Shown here: positions 1 to 14,480 of the stretch, in pieces
Numbering within the stretch: position 1 is the first letter of the stretch
Layout: every line of letters starts with the position of its first letter
Origin: Chrysomallon squamiferum
Taxonomy: Eukaryota > Animalia > Mollusca
Length of the DNA: 64,000 nt
Assembly (NCBI GenBank): GCA_012295275.1
Contig: CM022665.1
Span: 3,038,001 to 3,102,000 of the forward strand
Direction: 5' to 3'
Notes under the pieces: model-generated
What the model was told of the DNA's origin: nothing
Databases searched by the model: none
The model's input: the letters and a program-made list of their open reading frames with translations, nothing else
Translations under genes and position numbers: made by a program

Positions 1-1011
1 ATACTGGTCACGTTTAGAGATTGCAAGTAGACTTCACAGCATTTCAGTTATGTGATTATAAAATTATTATTAATTGTTGATCAGAACTTGTATTATGTTT
101 AAGTCATTAAAAAAAGACTTCTTTGTCTTCAGTAATAATGATAGTAAAAAATAATAATAATAGTTCAGAGAATTTCTTTATGTATATAATAAATTATATG
201 TTATGAAATTTTGTAGCTGATATAATTAAGCGTTATTATGTATGTAAATAAATTGTCTGAACTATAATATAATAAGAAGAAGAAGAAAAAGAAGAAGAAT
301 TAATTCATTTCAAGCTATATATCTGTTCTTATCTTTTATATTCTATGTGAAATGTTTTATTTATTTACAACATTGTATCAAACGGCAGTGTAGCTTTAAT
401 GTATTCTTCGCCATACCAAAATATTTCTGTTTGTATAGGTTGCTAGACAAATTATGACAAACAGACAAGATAATCACTTCTGGACACCAGCAGATTAATT
501 ATTTGTTTATAACTTCTGTTACAGTTTTTTTTCTCAAACATTTGTCTATGCCCTTCCAACATGTTTTATGTTTTGTTGTGACCAAACTGCTTCAGAACAT
601 TCCTAGTTACTCGTTTTTCTTCACTGTCAGTAATTTACATGTCAAATGATACGTTTGAGTTTTTTTCCTGTTCTGACAGATGTGTTGTCAGATATCTTTC
701 ATTCTGTTTCAAGTTAAAGCATAAATTTTGTGGTATCACCTAAACAAATGTTGTACATTCACAACTTCACTGTTGAAGTTGTTAGTAATGGCGAGTTTTT
801 CATGTTGATGATGATGATGATGGTGATGATGATTATGATGGTGATGATGATGATGATGGTGATGATGAAGCATAGCAATGATTTAATATGTTTGTGATAT
901 TTTTTCGTTTCATTGTGACTTTATTTAAAATATAAAAATTTAAAAAAACAAGAATAAAAAACTGTTTCATAAAATAAAAATTAACAGAATGCTGTCTGTG
1001 TGCTGTGTATG
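1..1011 (+). terminator. Candidate distal 3' UTR and polyadenylation site of a plus-strand gene lying upstream of the window
   Basis: AATAAA at 953-958 and 973-978, followed by a GT-rich downstream element (gctgtctgtgtgctgtgtatg, 991-1011). Upstream sequence is AT-rich with several TGTA motifs. AATAAA is common in AT-rich DNA, so this is tentative. Confidence 0.35.
806..868. repeat. (GAT/GGT)n trinucleotide microsatellite
   Basis: Direct reading: tgatgatgatgatgatggtgatgat... Confidence 0.95.
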
Positions 1012-1334
1012 AAAAGTTATACAGATTTAATCAAACTGAGATATTTTATTCTGTTACACAGTGTTTGACAAATATTATTATGTAACAAGATCTTTCTTTT
1101 GACATTTGGGTCAAAGTAGATGATTACCAGTCTAGTGACTGAAAGTACTTATATTTGACCTTTTATTAGTAAGTGATATGACCATAGTTTGGTTATCACT
1201 GCAGATTTATATATATATATATAAGCATTAGCAATATGAAGTTCCACATTTAACTGTCAAGAAGACAAACAGTTTTTAAATGGTATTATATTATCATTGT
1301 TGTTCTTTGAAAATAAATAAATAATATAATAATA

Positions 1335-1460
1335 TAGTGATATCTTTCATATATCACTCAAGTTCAAATTATTATTTTATTTATTTTAGCAATGTCTGTC
1401 ATATATCACTCTAGTTCAAAATATTATTTTATTTATTTTAGTGATGTCTATCATATATAT
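1335..1460. repeat. 52-bp tandem repeat, about 2.4 copies
   Basis: Unit tag..atrtct.tcatatatcactc.agttcaaa.tattattttatttattt starts at 1335, 1387 and 1439. Confidence 0.9.
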
Positions 1461-2807
1461 TCCTACATTACACAATTTTATTGCTTTAGCTCTTGGCCCT
1501 AGTATGTGTGATTATGCAGTAAAAATTTAAAAATTGGCAGAAAATAAAAATGTCTGATTCAGAAACTTCTGTGTTTATATCACTCACCTAGGAACAGAAA
1601 TACTGTTGCAATAAAACATATCAGATTTTAGATTTAACAAATTATTTACGTGCTATTATATTAAACAAAAGTGAAATCTATGGCAACCATAAAAAATAAT
1701 CTCTGTTTGAAGAGAGTTCATGTTTTAGTATTCTAACAGCTAGTAAAACACATCAGTGACTATTAAAACTGACATTTGTATCTCAGTCAGATTAATAATA
1801 GCAAACAGAATGTAAACACTGGCAGGAATGATTTTGAAAGTTGACATGAGCACATGCACCTAATCTGTTTAAAAAAAATAACCATCAGCATAGATGTTCA
1901 TGAGTGTGCACACATGCACAGACACAAACACACACACACAGGCCTACATACATACATGCACACACATGTTTATTAACATATATTTACATAAATGTATACA
2001 TACACACACATAACTGATCATTTATTTAAAAGAAAAGGGAAAAAAAATCAAACTTTTAACAGTTCTATTAACTAATAAATTATGAACACTGAATAACTAA
2101 TTATCTTCATAAACAAACCATACTGAATGAGTTACTGAATTACAAAAACCTAAAAGTAATTTACCTAATCCATTAGTTAGCTGCAACACAAATGTAATAA
2201 ATCAAGTATCAGAACTTGGCCAACCTTTCAATAAGAATTCTGAAAGCTTAGCTCTTAAATCAGCTACTGAATCTAACACCATCATAAACCACGTCTTAAA
2301 TACACATTCACGAATTCGGATGATTTCTGTAGCCAACACAGCTCATTTCAGCTTAGGTTAAGAAGCCGGCCTTGTTCAGTGCACCATTACTATTTATACT
2401 TAATAAGTCTGAGAGGAAGAGTTTTTATTACCATTCCAAACAGATAGATTGTATTATACAGATGATGTATGCAAAAGAAGTGGAGTATATTTGTACAACT
2501 TGTAAACTGTGGTAAAGAATCGCGTATCTAAATGGCCATCAGGAAGATCCTCTCTGCAATGTCTATGTGCGAAGGTCAAGTGTTTGGGTTATCTGTGAAA
2601 CCAGTAAAGCTATCAGAATACAAATATAAATAAGCTGGCTGCATCATTATATACAGCACTGCTTTGAAAGGGCAGATAGTTATGGTATATTTATTGGTCT
2701 ACCGATTGTCAAAGATATTTGTATTTATACAGTGACCTCACAGGAAAAACTATTTATTTATTGTTCATTCGCTGACTTTCCTATTACAGTATCTCGAATA
2801 AAAGATG

Positions 2808-2854
<47 letters not shown>

Positions 2855-2867
2855 TGTATGTATGTAT
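2808..2867. repeat. (AT)n-(TATG)n compound microsatellite
   Basis: Direct reading. Confidence 0.95.
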
Positions 2868-3032
2868 TCATGTCTGGATGAAAGTGTGTAGGTGTGGGTG
2901 TTTGGGTGTGTGTTTTTACTCATGTTTTTACTAGCTATAAAATATTAAAACAAGAATTATATCTTCAAACAGAGATTATTTTTCTGGCTGTCATAAAATT
3001 CATTTTTGTTTCATATTCTAGCATATAAGGAC

Positions 3033-3095
3033 TTTTTTTAAATCAATGTCTGATATAGTTTTTTTTTTTTTAAAATCAATGTCTGATATAGTTTT
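3033..3095. repeat. Short tandem duplication of (t)n-aaatcaatgtctgatatag-(t)n
   Basis: Core aaatcaatgtctgatatagtttt occurs twice, separated by a T run. Confidence 0.9.
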
Positions 3096-3497
3096 GACTG
3101 GAAAAGAAAACTAAATTTCATCATTATTTATGAAAATTTTATAATTTTTTTTAGTTTAGTGGAGATGCATTTATAATTTTACACATGTAATAATTCTTTT
3201 TAAAATTTCTTTATTTTGCTGTCACTGAGACTACAACAGGACGGTTTAAAATGTTACGATGGCTTAAAACTTACTTGTTATTTATTTCTGATAACCACTT
3301 TCTGTTAATAACAAAGAATGATAATAAAATAACAAGTTCATGAGGATACATCTAGGCTGATATTTTCACATTCATCACGATTATATATCAAGAGTTTAAC
3401 AAAAACTAGACCCGACTTACCAAGTAAAGATGTCAGTTATTTACTCAGTCTAAAAAGAATTTTTACATTAAGCAACAACTTAATGTGTAGTGTGTTT

Positions 3498-3499
<2 letters not shown>

Positions 3500-3538
<39 letters not shown>

Positions 3539-3685
3539 TTCATTTTTATTTCATTATTTTATTTATTTTATTTTTATTTATTTCATTTTTATTTTTACTT
3601 TCATTTTTATTTTTATTATTTTTTTTTTTTAATTTATTATCATTATTATTATTATTATTATTATTTTTTTTTTTTTTTTTTAATT
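3500..3685. repeat. Poly-T / (TTA)n low-complexity tract
   Basis: Direct reading; accounts for the spurious Phe/Leu ORF 3490-3723. Confidence 0.95.
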
Positions 3686-4214
3686 ACACTGAACATTTCA
3701 GATCTTCTGTTTCCTTTATTTAGCAACACTGATGTCATCCCAGTATATGTTATGTTCTGATGTGCATCTGTAACTAGTTCTGTCAACATAGCAAACATGT
3801 AAGATACAAAGCAAAATGTCTTTCTACATTAAGCAAACACACATACATATATTATCAATTTTCTGGCATCTTTGCTTTAAAAGCCTTATTTGAATAAAAC
3901 ATTTAAAAAAAAAAAAATTCTCTGCCGCGTGAGGTTGTTTAATAATAAATCAACTGTACATCTCATACCCAGCAAAAATTGTGTGCTTTAATTACCATTA
4001 TCAGCTTTAAAATGAAATTAATATGTGCATTGTAAATTAAATTCTGAAATAAAACACAGGTAAAGACAAACCAGTGTATTATTTATTGTACATACATTGG
4101 CTCTTGTATTACTGTTGTACCCAAAGTGCAGTTTATAGAATTTTATCACAACATATATTATTATTAGGTTTTTTTTATATATATTATCAGTTTTAGTTAT
4201 CACTTGTGCTTTCT

Positions 4215-4246
<32 letters not shown>

Positions 4247-4320
4247 ACATACACACACTCATGTATACATATGCATGTGCAAGCACACATACATATACAC
4301 ACACACACACACACACACAT
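4215..4320. repeat. Interrupted (CA)n microsatellite
   Basis: Direct reading. Confidence 0.95.
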
Positions 4321-5082
4321 GCAGTGATTTTATATTACCACATGAAAAGAAATCAGTTTTAAATAACATACACAAAAACAGAACTGATAAGTTTTTCTTT
4401 GTTCACTCATAATTCATTTTGTTAAAAATATTGCAAATGTTATCGGCTGTACCAGGCAACCTAGATGAGATAACAATGAATGTTCATTTAATGACAACAT
4501 CACAGTGTTTTTATTAATGATTTTTATGATAATGTATCCTGTATGGACTGAACACATTTGGGTAGATCACTTGCCTCAGGCATTACAGGTTGTCAGTTCA
4601 ACTGTCCTCAGAGCACCACTGAGTTATTTCCCTTGCCAGTCAGTGCTCTTTGATTGGCTGATCTCAAAAGATTCCTTGCTTAGCTGATGCAAGCAGCCAA
4701 TGAAATTGTGTTATGTGTGATTTCCCCAGTCATTAGAAAACATAAGCACAAGTCTGACACCTAACTGTTGTTTATAGAAAAATGTGATCAGAGTTTGTTA
4801 AGAAAATCATAAAAGAATTGAGAATTTATTTAGTTCTAATTTAGACCAACAAACTAACTTTCTAGCTGAACAGATTTATTCCAGATTTATACAAACAACA
4901 ACACAATAATAATAATAATAAATATATAAATAAATAAAATGGAATAAAATAAAATAAATACTACCAATGTTTGATAATAATGAAGATTTTTCTGTTCTTC
5001 AACAAATGTAGTTGTTTTTTCTTCTTTTTTTTTTCTTTTTTTTAAAACCCCCCAGGAATTTTCGTTATGAAAAATAATTAAA

Positions 5083-5205
5083 TCAGTTCAGTGATAGACA
5101 TCTGACCTGAGATCAGTTCTCCTCAGTTACCAGCATTAGGATATCTCCCATTCCACCCAGTGCCCCATGATTGGTTTATTGAAGAAGCTATGTTATGTGG
5201 TTTTC
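5083..5205 (+). mobile_element. Degenerate 5'/central fragment of a tRNA-derived SINE
   Basis: Head-like cagttcagtgatagac, then ttccacccagtgccccatgattggtttattgaag, which aligns by eye with the core motif at about 16338, 36947 and 37636 in this window. Confidence 0.6.
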
Positions 5206-8200
5206 ACTCTTACTGTCAAGTGATAAAGTTTATTCAGATTTAAATATATTAAGAAGTAGTCCAGACAGCTCAAAATTGTATTGAGAGACATTACTAACAT
5301 TAATTTTATCAAATGAATTTTATTTTATTTTTTCCCCACTTTTGTTCTGTCAGTGTATTTCATAGTTTTCAAATCTTTTAAAATTTGTTTAGTCGGAACT
5401 GAAAATACCCTAATTACCATTTATTGAAATAACTGTTCCAAAATACATCTAATTGCTGTCACAGACAACAAATAACTATCTGCTAATTTGATCTAATATG
5501 ACATAAAAGTGATTTGTTAAGCAGCTGAAGCCATTTTACCTTGGCACAATCACATTTTGTTTTTTTCAGTTAAGTCTGTTTAGTAAAGTTCATGCAAATC
5601 TCTCAGAATAAAATTGTGTATTGGAGGGTTGTGTTAGAGAAGTGATTAATGTCAGCAGAAGATAGTTTTGTTATTTTTGTGTATTATATAAATATGATGT
5701 TCCCATCACATTCCACTTCATGTTGCAGTTCAGAACAGTTATCTGAAAATGAATAATTAGTTCAAAAAGCATAAATTAATTAAATTTAATTAAAACAATC
5801 AAAAGGAAGAAAAGAAGACATAACAGAAAATTAAGTTGAAATCAGATACACATTTTTTTCTTCAAAATATTATTAATTTGTAATATCCATTTTGCGAAAA
5901 GAAATGTTTAAAATTTATAAAACTGAGCTTGTTTAGAAGAGAACGTACTAAATTTAAATAAATCATCAACTGTGAAAGTACATATTAAATATTGCTTTTC
6001 AGCAGGGGATGATTTTAAAATATTTTATTATACTTAAATCTGAATATGAAATTTCGTCTGAGACAGAATGATAAAAACATGCTGACAATTGCTGTTTAGA
6101 TAACACATCATATAACTAGATAATAAATGTGTTAAGTGCATGATTAAATAAAACACATTTCTTTTTTTGTTTGTAAGGAGAGCCTGTTAAATGATGTGTT
6201 TTTACTAATGAGATTTTACAATAGTAAAGAGTTTGCAAAACACAGGAGAAGGTAATCATGTTGATAAGATAGAGCTGGCCAGTCAGTGTACACCCAGCTG
6301 GGACTAAAACAGAAAACTTCTTATCATATTTCAATTCTTACTTTGTAGATAACTCGTGTTTGTTATTCCTCATTGCAGTACTTCTTTCAAGTTTAAAATT
6401 AGTTTTTTGATAAATTTGCTTCGTTTGTTTTTTAAGCCTTTTTCTCTGAAGGTAACAAACTGATTACTTGGTGCTGTGTGTGTGTAAATCTCATCTAGAC
6501 TTTGCGAAGAAATATAAAACTTGAAAAACTATGTTTAGACCGTAGGAGAATGAGCTAATAAAATGTTACTGAAAGAATATTGCTAATGTGTCCTTGCTTA
6601 AATCACATGAATCTGAGTGAAAAATGATACTCACTATATTCTAAATGTCCACTAAATACACCGATTAGTGAAAAACAAATCCAATTTCCACCCTGTTTGA
6701 GTTTATGAGTATTATTTTATTATTAATGAAGTGAAAAAAAAAAAAAAAAAAAAAATGGAATCTTGATATTTGAGTCATTTTTCCCAAGTGTGAGCCCAAT
6801 TTGTCACTTCTGAAGATATTGTCTTTGTATAACATATTTATCAGTGGTTTCTAAAACTCAGCCAGATTTTTAGTGGTTGTCAGTGAATTATTCATATAGT
6901 TTACACTATCACAGTAAACGTGGTATGCACAAAACTAAACATTAATAACGTTAGTGATGTGTGTTTTCAATTAAATCATGTGATATGAATGTCATTTGTC
7001 AATTATTGATGTGCGCAGTGTACAGAACACATTCACTGTGTTGTTTATGATAGAAAAACTAACATCAGAGAAGAACATTAACACTTTAAGGAATTTTTAT
7101 TTTCTACGAGATAACATTTGACTTAATGTCTCAAATAGCTCGCTGACCTGCGTATGTTTAAATCATAGGTGTTCATCTTTTAATAAAAGTTTTAAATAAG
7201 TAACTATGTGTTGTTAAACATAACTAAGTGAGGTTTTTTTTTTTCTGGGGTTTTTTTTTTTCAATTCTTGTAAGAAATCATGAGAAAACAAAGTACCAAG
7301 TTACCTTAACCAGGAGTTGAAATTCTGCCAAAAAGATTAACACACCTTTAGTGAGAAAAGTTCACAAACATAACTTTTTTTTTTTTTTTTTAATTTTATT
7401 ATTTCTGTATTTAAAAAAAAAAAAAAAAAAAAAAAAATAAAAATGGTAACCTTTATTATTACAAATAAATCACACATGAAAAATATGCTAATATTTTAAA
7501 CTAAAAGATGTGGAATTGATACTTCAGTAATTTCTTCAACAAAAAATTGGATTTTTCGGTTATATTTAATTTCCTAAGACATAAAACAGTTTAAAGGTCA
7601 AGTTCCATTAACAAAATATATTAATTTATCAAAAAAATCAAAAACAAAAAACAAAAAAAAATCAAATACAAAATGTTTCTTTAAAAATTAATGTTATGAT
7701 ATCAAATGTAATCAAAGTATGGAAAGGTTTTTATGGAAACATTTAAAGTAAAATATTTTAAAATCCATGTGAATTTTATTTTATTTATATTTTTTAACAT
7801 TATTTATATTTTATTTTTATTATTGTCATTATATTTAAATTATTATTATTATTATTGTTGTTGTTGATGCTGTTGTTTTGACAAGGACAGAAATTACAAA
7901 AATGAAAGTTCAAAAAAATTTCAAATTTAAGGGTTTTTTTTGGTAGGAATGTACACTATTTTATTTCAGAATGTTGAAACAATTAAATTTAAAATATTTC
8001 AACACTCTGTTAACTAACAAATTTGACTAAAAGACTTCTGAAAAAAAGGATAACAACAATCACGTATTTATATTTGCCACTTTCTGTTCAAAACTTTTAA
8101 ATCTTGATAGTCAACAATAAAATATGAAGTACCAGTGAAAGTGAGATTTATTTTGAGGATGTTAATGATTAAAATGGCTAAAGGTTGAATGATGAAAAAC

Positions 8201-8319
8201 AGACAGATCTGGTTTAGTTAATTGACAGAGTGAGAAATATTGCTGGTAATGAGCAGTGTTTGGCACTGGAGTAAATGAATGCTGAAAGTAAATTACTAAA
8301 GAACAGCAGTGTCCTATTT

Positions 8320-8640
8320 AATAATATAAAACAGTATTTAGTGGTTTTATTTATTATCTGAAACATATTAAATATTTTTACTTCTTATTATACCAGAAAT
8401 CATGTTTAGTGGTTTTATTTTTCATACCATAAATATTATTCAGTATATATTTAATATTAAACACTGTTTAATAGATTTATTTTTTATATCATAAACAGTA
8501 TTTAACATATTTATTTGTTATAATATTATAAACAAAATTTAACATGTTTATTTGTTATAATTTATCATATAATAAACAGTGTTAACATATTTATTTGTTA
8601 TAATATCAGGAAGCATCTTTATTAGTTATTTTTTGTTTCA
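8320..8640. repeat. Degenerate AT-rich tandem repeat (about 40-bp unit)
   Basis: Recurrent ataaacagtattta...tttatttgttataat blocks. Confidence 0.65.
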
Positions 8641-9189
8641 GTTTTAAATATTACTATAACAAAAAATTAATATTACAAGTTTTTTTTTTTTTTTAAACTC
8701 ACATATTATAATATATAATAACGTCAGTTTTTTTTTTTTTTTTTTTACTCCATTAGAAATGATATTTTAAATTTGTATTATTATTATTATTACACACACT
8801 ATCATCATTGAGCACTGAGCTGCTGCACACAGTGCAGATATCACAAGATGTCTTCACAGAGTCTTTGATAAGACTATTCGCCATTAGAACTCTGCTTTGA
8901 TTACTCAGAAATTCTGACATGGACGAACACGGAATATCAACCCATCTTCTTACCAGAATATAACAAATCCTTATCTAGATAATGCAAGGAAGGGAGGCAA
9001 GTCAGGAAAACACATTACCAGCATTCCATTCACATATTTTATTTTACAGATAAAGTTTGTAAGATATTTTTAAAGCAGTGAAGATCTCTGATCCAGATTT
9101 TGAAATTTCTGACTTATCTGCTGGTTCAGCTATCATCACAGCAAGAGGGCTGGCCACACACCCAGTCTGATTAATGTCTCCTAGCAGTG

Positions 9190-9280
9190 TGTTGACCAAC
9201 ACAATAGGTCAGTAGGAAGTGACCATCATGTTGACCAACATGTTGGGTTCAGTAGGAAGTGACTGTGGTGTTGTTAAACA
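9190..9280. repeat. 39-40 bp tandem duplication carrying an ETS-like AGGAAGTG motif in each copy
   Basis: tgttgaccaaca at 9190 and 9229; cagtaggaagtgac at 9210 and 9250. Confidence 0.85.
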
Positions 9281-9529
9281 AGCAAAGTCTAATCTGTGGT
9301 AAATTATGACAACAGAGTCTTGTCACCCTGGTTCTGCAGCCGACTAACACTGACAAGATTCCTCATTTTTATCACAAAGTGAACATTTTATCAGTTTAGA
9401 TATATATATATATTTACTGTTATTTTAAACAAAGTGTTGCTTTAAGTATTTCATCAAACATAGTCATACACACTAACACCAAAAAACAGAACATACACAG
9501 AAAGATAAAAACACCCAAAGACAGAAAGA

Positions 9530-9532
<3 letters not shown>

Positions 9533-9578
<46 letters not shown>

Positions 9579-9620
9579 GCAAACTTGCATGCACGCACAC
9601 ACACACACACACGCATACAC
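9533..9620. repeat. (CA)n microsatellite
   Basis: Direct reading. Confidence 0.95.
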
Positions 9621-10016
9621 ATGAGTATCTCTATTACATAGGCTGATAAAAGTAACTGATGAAATTGAAAGTGGAGGTATTACATAAGGAAGGGCTGACA
9701 GCAATCAGTGTTTTATTATTTATGTCATGGGATTGGAAAGTGATGTAAATTATTCAGCATTCTAGTCATTTCAGATGAATGAATTTCTTGTATGATGTAG
9801 AAATTCTCAGTTCTTTGACTTTCATGATAACATGTGGCTTTCAGTCAGTGAATCAGCTATTTAGAACATGTCTAAATGAAGGCTGAAGTGTCTGTTACAC
9901 TAACTAAAAAGAAGTCTGTGTTGTGTATCTGACTAATAGAGAGTAGATGATTAATTAAGTAGAAGTGCTGTAATCTGTGTTTTGATTCTGGTGTCAGGGT
10001 TTGATCTCGCAGTTAC

Positions 10017-10372
10017 CTGGTGATGACTTGCCTAACACAGTTCTGAGTCTGGTATGTTTTCTGTTCGGTTTGCGTGCACCAACAACACATGTGTTTTATC
10101 AGCGAATGCTTGGCCTGTATGTGCATGCATTATGTTTGTGCAGTGTGCACCTGCAAAAGACAAATACTAGAACGAGGTTTTCCTTGTCAGTGTCATGTTC
10201 CCACACTCCCAATACATTTGTTCCTTTCATGCGAGTCACTCTGTGATCTGTGCTGATTAACTACAAGTCAATGAGAGGTAAACAGTGACTGCGTAAATCT
10301 GCACACCTCATCAAAGTGATTTTCATCTCCACGTTTTACCTATGACAGCCGAGAACAAGCTGTGCCCTTGAG
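10017..10372 (-). other. Candidate internal or terminal exon(s) of a minus-strand transcript
   Basis: Strong acceptor ttttttttttgtttttttgttttag|CTCAAG (AG at 10374-10373). Complex, GC-richer, CpG-retaining sequence. Possible donors AG|GTAAAA (10339) and CAG|GTAACT (about 10016); internal acceptor tttgtcttttgcag| at 10151. Confidence 0.45.
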
Positions 10373-10954
10373 CTAAAACAAAAAAACAAAAAAAAAAGTC
10401 CCATGTGAATCAAAGTGCATGCGAAAGAAGAAGAAGAAGAAGAAGAAGAAATAAGGATTAAAGGGGTTCAGTGAAAAGATGAAAGATTGTTCAGCACATA
10501 GATCAGTCCATGCAGTGTTTTGTGTCAGAAAAATGAACATCAGAAAACAGTGTGTGTCATTATACTTGTACACGATGCATTTGTTCACCTTGTTGGTTTT
10601 GTCACTTGTTTTATTAAACATATGAATTAATCTTTCTATGAACACAGCCTTATACAAACATAAAGTAAACGTATTTGTTAAATGATGATAATATTTATGA
10701 ATCTTAAGCTTGCTGGTAACAAATACTGTATGAAATTGTATCATTTCCTAGATCATACCAATTTAATAATGTATAGTGGGTTGTGAATCCCATTTTTAAA
10801 AAAAATTAAATATTAAATTTTCACAGTTGTTCTGCATAGCATCATAACATAAATGAAAAAAACTGTAAAATATAAATCCTTAGTTCACATATACACAGAT
10901 ACACACACAATATCACACACATAATATATACACCTGTATTCACATTCTCAATCA

Positions 10955-10997
<43 letters not shown>

Positions 10998-11399
10998 ACA
11001 CATAAATTAATACAACACACAGACAAATTTAATATAAATTTAGTATAAATACAAGCCAGATAAGATTTAATCCCTGTTTGATAAACATCTGTATGTGGAA
11101 CAGGTCTGCAGCTAATAATGAGATACCTGCAGGCCATTGTCTGCACAGCAGTGAGAGTCCAAGTGACATTCTCTCCACCACACACTTCAACTCCCAGCCT
11201 CTCAGCCCAGTCTGGTGCTTTAAGGAACAACACTAAACTCGTGGGAATACCCAAGACAAACAGAGGAAATGTCCAGAATTGTTCAGGGAGCAAAAATGTT
11301 TTGAATCTGATCAAAGAAAAGGGAGAAAAACCAGATGCAGCAAATAAATGCATCATATATTATACAAGGGTGTTGATGTTTGTTGTTCTTGTTGAATCG

Positions 11400-11400
11400 T

Positions 11401-11448
<48 letters not shown>

Positions 11449-11540
11449 ATGTGTGTGTGTGTGGCAGTTGTCACTGTAATATATTTCTAACCTGTATTGG
11501 TAAAAACAACTGAACATGCATGTGTGTGTGTGTGTGTGGG
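11400..11540. repeat. (TG)n microsatellites
   Basis: Direct reading; a (CA)n tract also lies at about 10953-11000. Confidence 0.95.
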
Positions 11541-12403
11541 GGTTTGTCTGTTTATGTGTTTTTTGATATGTATATATAGTTTGTGTATGCATGTAAATGC
11601 ATAAATTTCAAAAAGAAAAAAGAAATTGCTGTTTACAGTAAATTGTAATCTTACAGTAGCTTGCTACATGACAGGATGCTGTGGTCAGTAGGTTTATGTG
11701 CATTTCAGCAGTTCTTAATTTTATCTATAGGTGATGCTTCAAGTTATGAACATATTTACATTTAATAGATACATATATAGTTTACATACATACACACATA
11801 CATATATACATACGCGGGCGCACACACACTCACACACACACACACACACACATATACATGCATGCACATACACGTAACATTTACAAAAACAGATACACAT
11901 ACAGCTATACATATTAATTTATCAACAGACACACACACATATATCACATACCATGTATGGTCTCCCTGACATTGATATCATCAGCTGTAATTTCAGCTGT
12001 TTATTGCAAAAGAACTGGAATATTTTTAATATTTAATGGGAATGCAATATCAGTTTTATTGATGGTCACAAGGTAACTTTCCCAGCAGGTACAAAGTGTT
12101 TATCTTGTGTTTTTCATAAACACCATGTTTTATTTATGCATCTGTAAATGTGCCAAATGCATTTAAATGTTACTGGCTTGCAGCACATACAAACACATGC
12201 ATAAACACTAACACACATACACACATATAAATATTAACTTTATTCTTGCTAACACATTAATACATTGCTTCGTAAGTAAATTGTTTTGTGATCAACGGTA
12301 ACAGTTCAAACTAATCAGCAACAAAGCATGGCGTAATCAAAATAACTGGTAAATTATCTTTTTAATATAGTTTAGTGTTATATTTTCTTCTTGAACTTAA
12401 AAT

Positions 12404-12531
<128 letters not shown>

Positions 12532-12663
12532 TTTAATGATGTGAGAAAAATATAATCTGCTGATTTTTTCTTGAACAGAAAACTCCATACCATAATCTTT
12601 GATAAACCAGTTGTGGGGAAATAGTTACAAAGGGAAATATTTATTAAGAGTAATACAACATAA

Positions 12664-12706
<43 letters not shown>

Positions 12707-14030
12707 TTAAAAAAAAAAAATTATTTATAGATACATATATAAACTTGTAACACAGTAAAATGTGGGTTTTTTTTAGTCAGATGTCTTGGTCTTGACATCT
12801 GATAAATTTGTCTGACTAGAACACAAGGTAAATCTAGGATAACTTGTTCCTTCATCTGTACAACAAAATGGCTGACGTTTCTGTGACATCAAACAACCAT
12901 TCAAAATGCTCGGTCATGAAAAGATAACTCTAGTTGAAAGAGAACAAACGTGTACAAAACGGACCGTCCCCCAACATAAAGCGACTGACAGATGAGCCAT
13001 CAGTGAAAACATGTTCTTTGTGACATGTCATCAAACAGAGAAGAGAAAAAACATGTCATACATACTTTGTTGCTGTAACAGAGATGTTAACATTTGTCTT
13101 ACTTTCATGATTACACTCAAGGAAGACCCAAGAATGGTAAATATAGCACAGCTGATTTCGGTTGGCTTAACAGAAACTAAAGTTTTCACTTAGTGACTAA
13201 GATGTAGATGGCTATTTTCATCAACTGAGTTTTAAACATTAAACTGGTAACCACTGACTACAAATGTTGTTAGAGGTTACACAGACTGATGTGTGTCTTA
13301 GCAGCTAACATTCTGCAACTGAAGGAGTCTGAGACAAGCATTGAACTAATTCCCATTTCAGTGAATGCTGTATGTATGAATATATATATTTATATAGATG
13401 TTAATCATTCTGAGTACTGCATAATGCAGCTAATCATAGCCTTGCTGCAAATCAGCATTCTTACTTTCACAGGATAAATCTTAAAACAGTAACCAGTTAT
13501 TCCCCTCACACACACATATAAATATATGTGTGTGTGCATCTATGTTTATACATATATATATGTGAGTGTGTGTTGTGTGTATGTATATATGTGTGTGGGG
13601 GGGGTATTTTTTTTTTAACATGATTAATGAGATAAAGCAATTTAAGTCATTCGATACATTTATATTTTCTTGTAGTTCAAATACAAAATTGTGTGTTTTT
13701 TAAATTAAAAAAAAAAAGCAAAGTAGAGTGTTTTGCAGGCTCACAAATAAATGAAAATCAGCGGCTCATTTTACATTTGTACTTATCAACACACCAGGAA
13801 TCCCAGCTTATAAAAATAGCACAGGTAAGATGGAATCAACAGGTGTGTGGCCAAAAATTAATCTGAAAATAAATTTATAGATATCAGCTGTTTATGAAAG
13901 GTAAAAGTCATCTAAACATTTGTTAACAGTTAGTGAGTTAGTGGGTTTTGGGGTAGACAAGTGGAAAGATTAATGGAATATAATATTTCTCAGTGTACAA
14001 GCTTATGAAAAAGTGAATGAGTGAATGAAT

Positions 14031-14480
14031 GTGTAGACTGATGTATACAGAGATGAATCAGACACAAATATGGGTTGATGTATACAGAAATGTGCTGATC
14101 TATACAAAAATGGACCAATGTATACAAACATTATTTAATTTATACAGAAATGGACTGATATATACAAATATGGACTGATGTATACAGAAATGGACTGATA
14201 TATACAAATATGGACAGATGTATACAGAAATGGACTGATGTATACAGAAATGGACTGATGTATACAGAAATGGACTGATGTATACAGCAATGGACTGATT
14301 AATACAAATATCGACCAATGAATACAAAAATGGACTAATTTATACAAAGATGGACTGATGTATACAGAAATGGACTGATGTATACAGCAATGGACTGATT
14401 AATACAAATATCGACCAATGAATACAAAAATGGACTAATTTATACAAAGATGGACTGATGTATACAGAAATGGACTGATG
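14031..14480. repeat. 20-bp minisatellite (tatacagaaatggactgatg), about 22 units, with an internal 100-bp higher-order duplication
   Basis: Units stay in register every 20 nt; 14261-14380 is repeated exactly at 14361-14480. Confidence 0.95.

Noticed and set aside
2581-2620. miR-9/miR-79-like fragments (tttgggttatct ... taaagcta)
   Set aside because: Partial matches only, too close together and unable to pair into a pre-miRNA.
3410-3435. miR-8 3' end match (gtaaagatgtc)
   Set aside because: The seed region is absent.
8259-8320. miR-96/182/263-like seed tttggcactgg with a partial complement downstream
   Set aside because: The 3' part does not match and the stem pairs over only about 7-8 bp.
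9650-9690. Hammerhead-like CTGATGA...GAAA core (similar cases on the minus strand at about 18935-18970 and 62935-62960)
   Set aside because: Stems II and III cannot be formed canonically in any of the cases.
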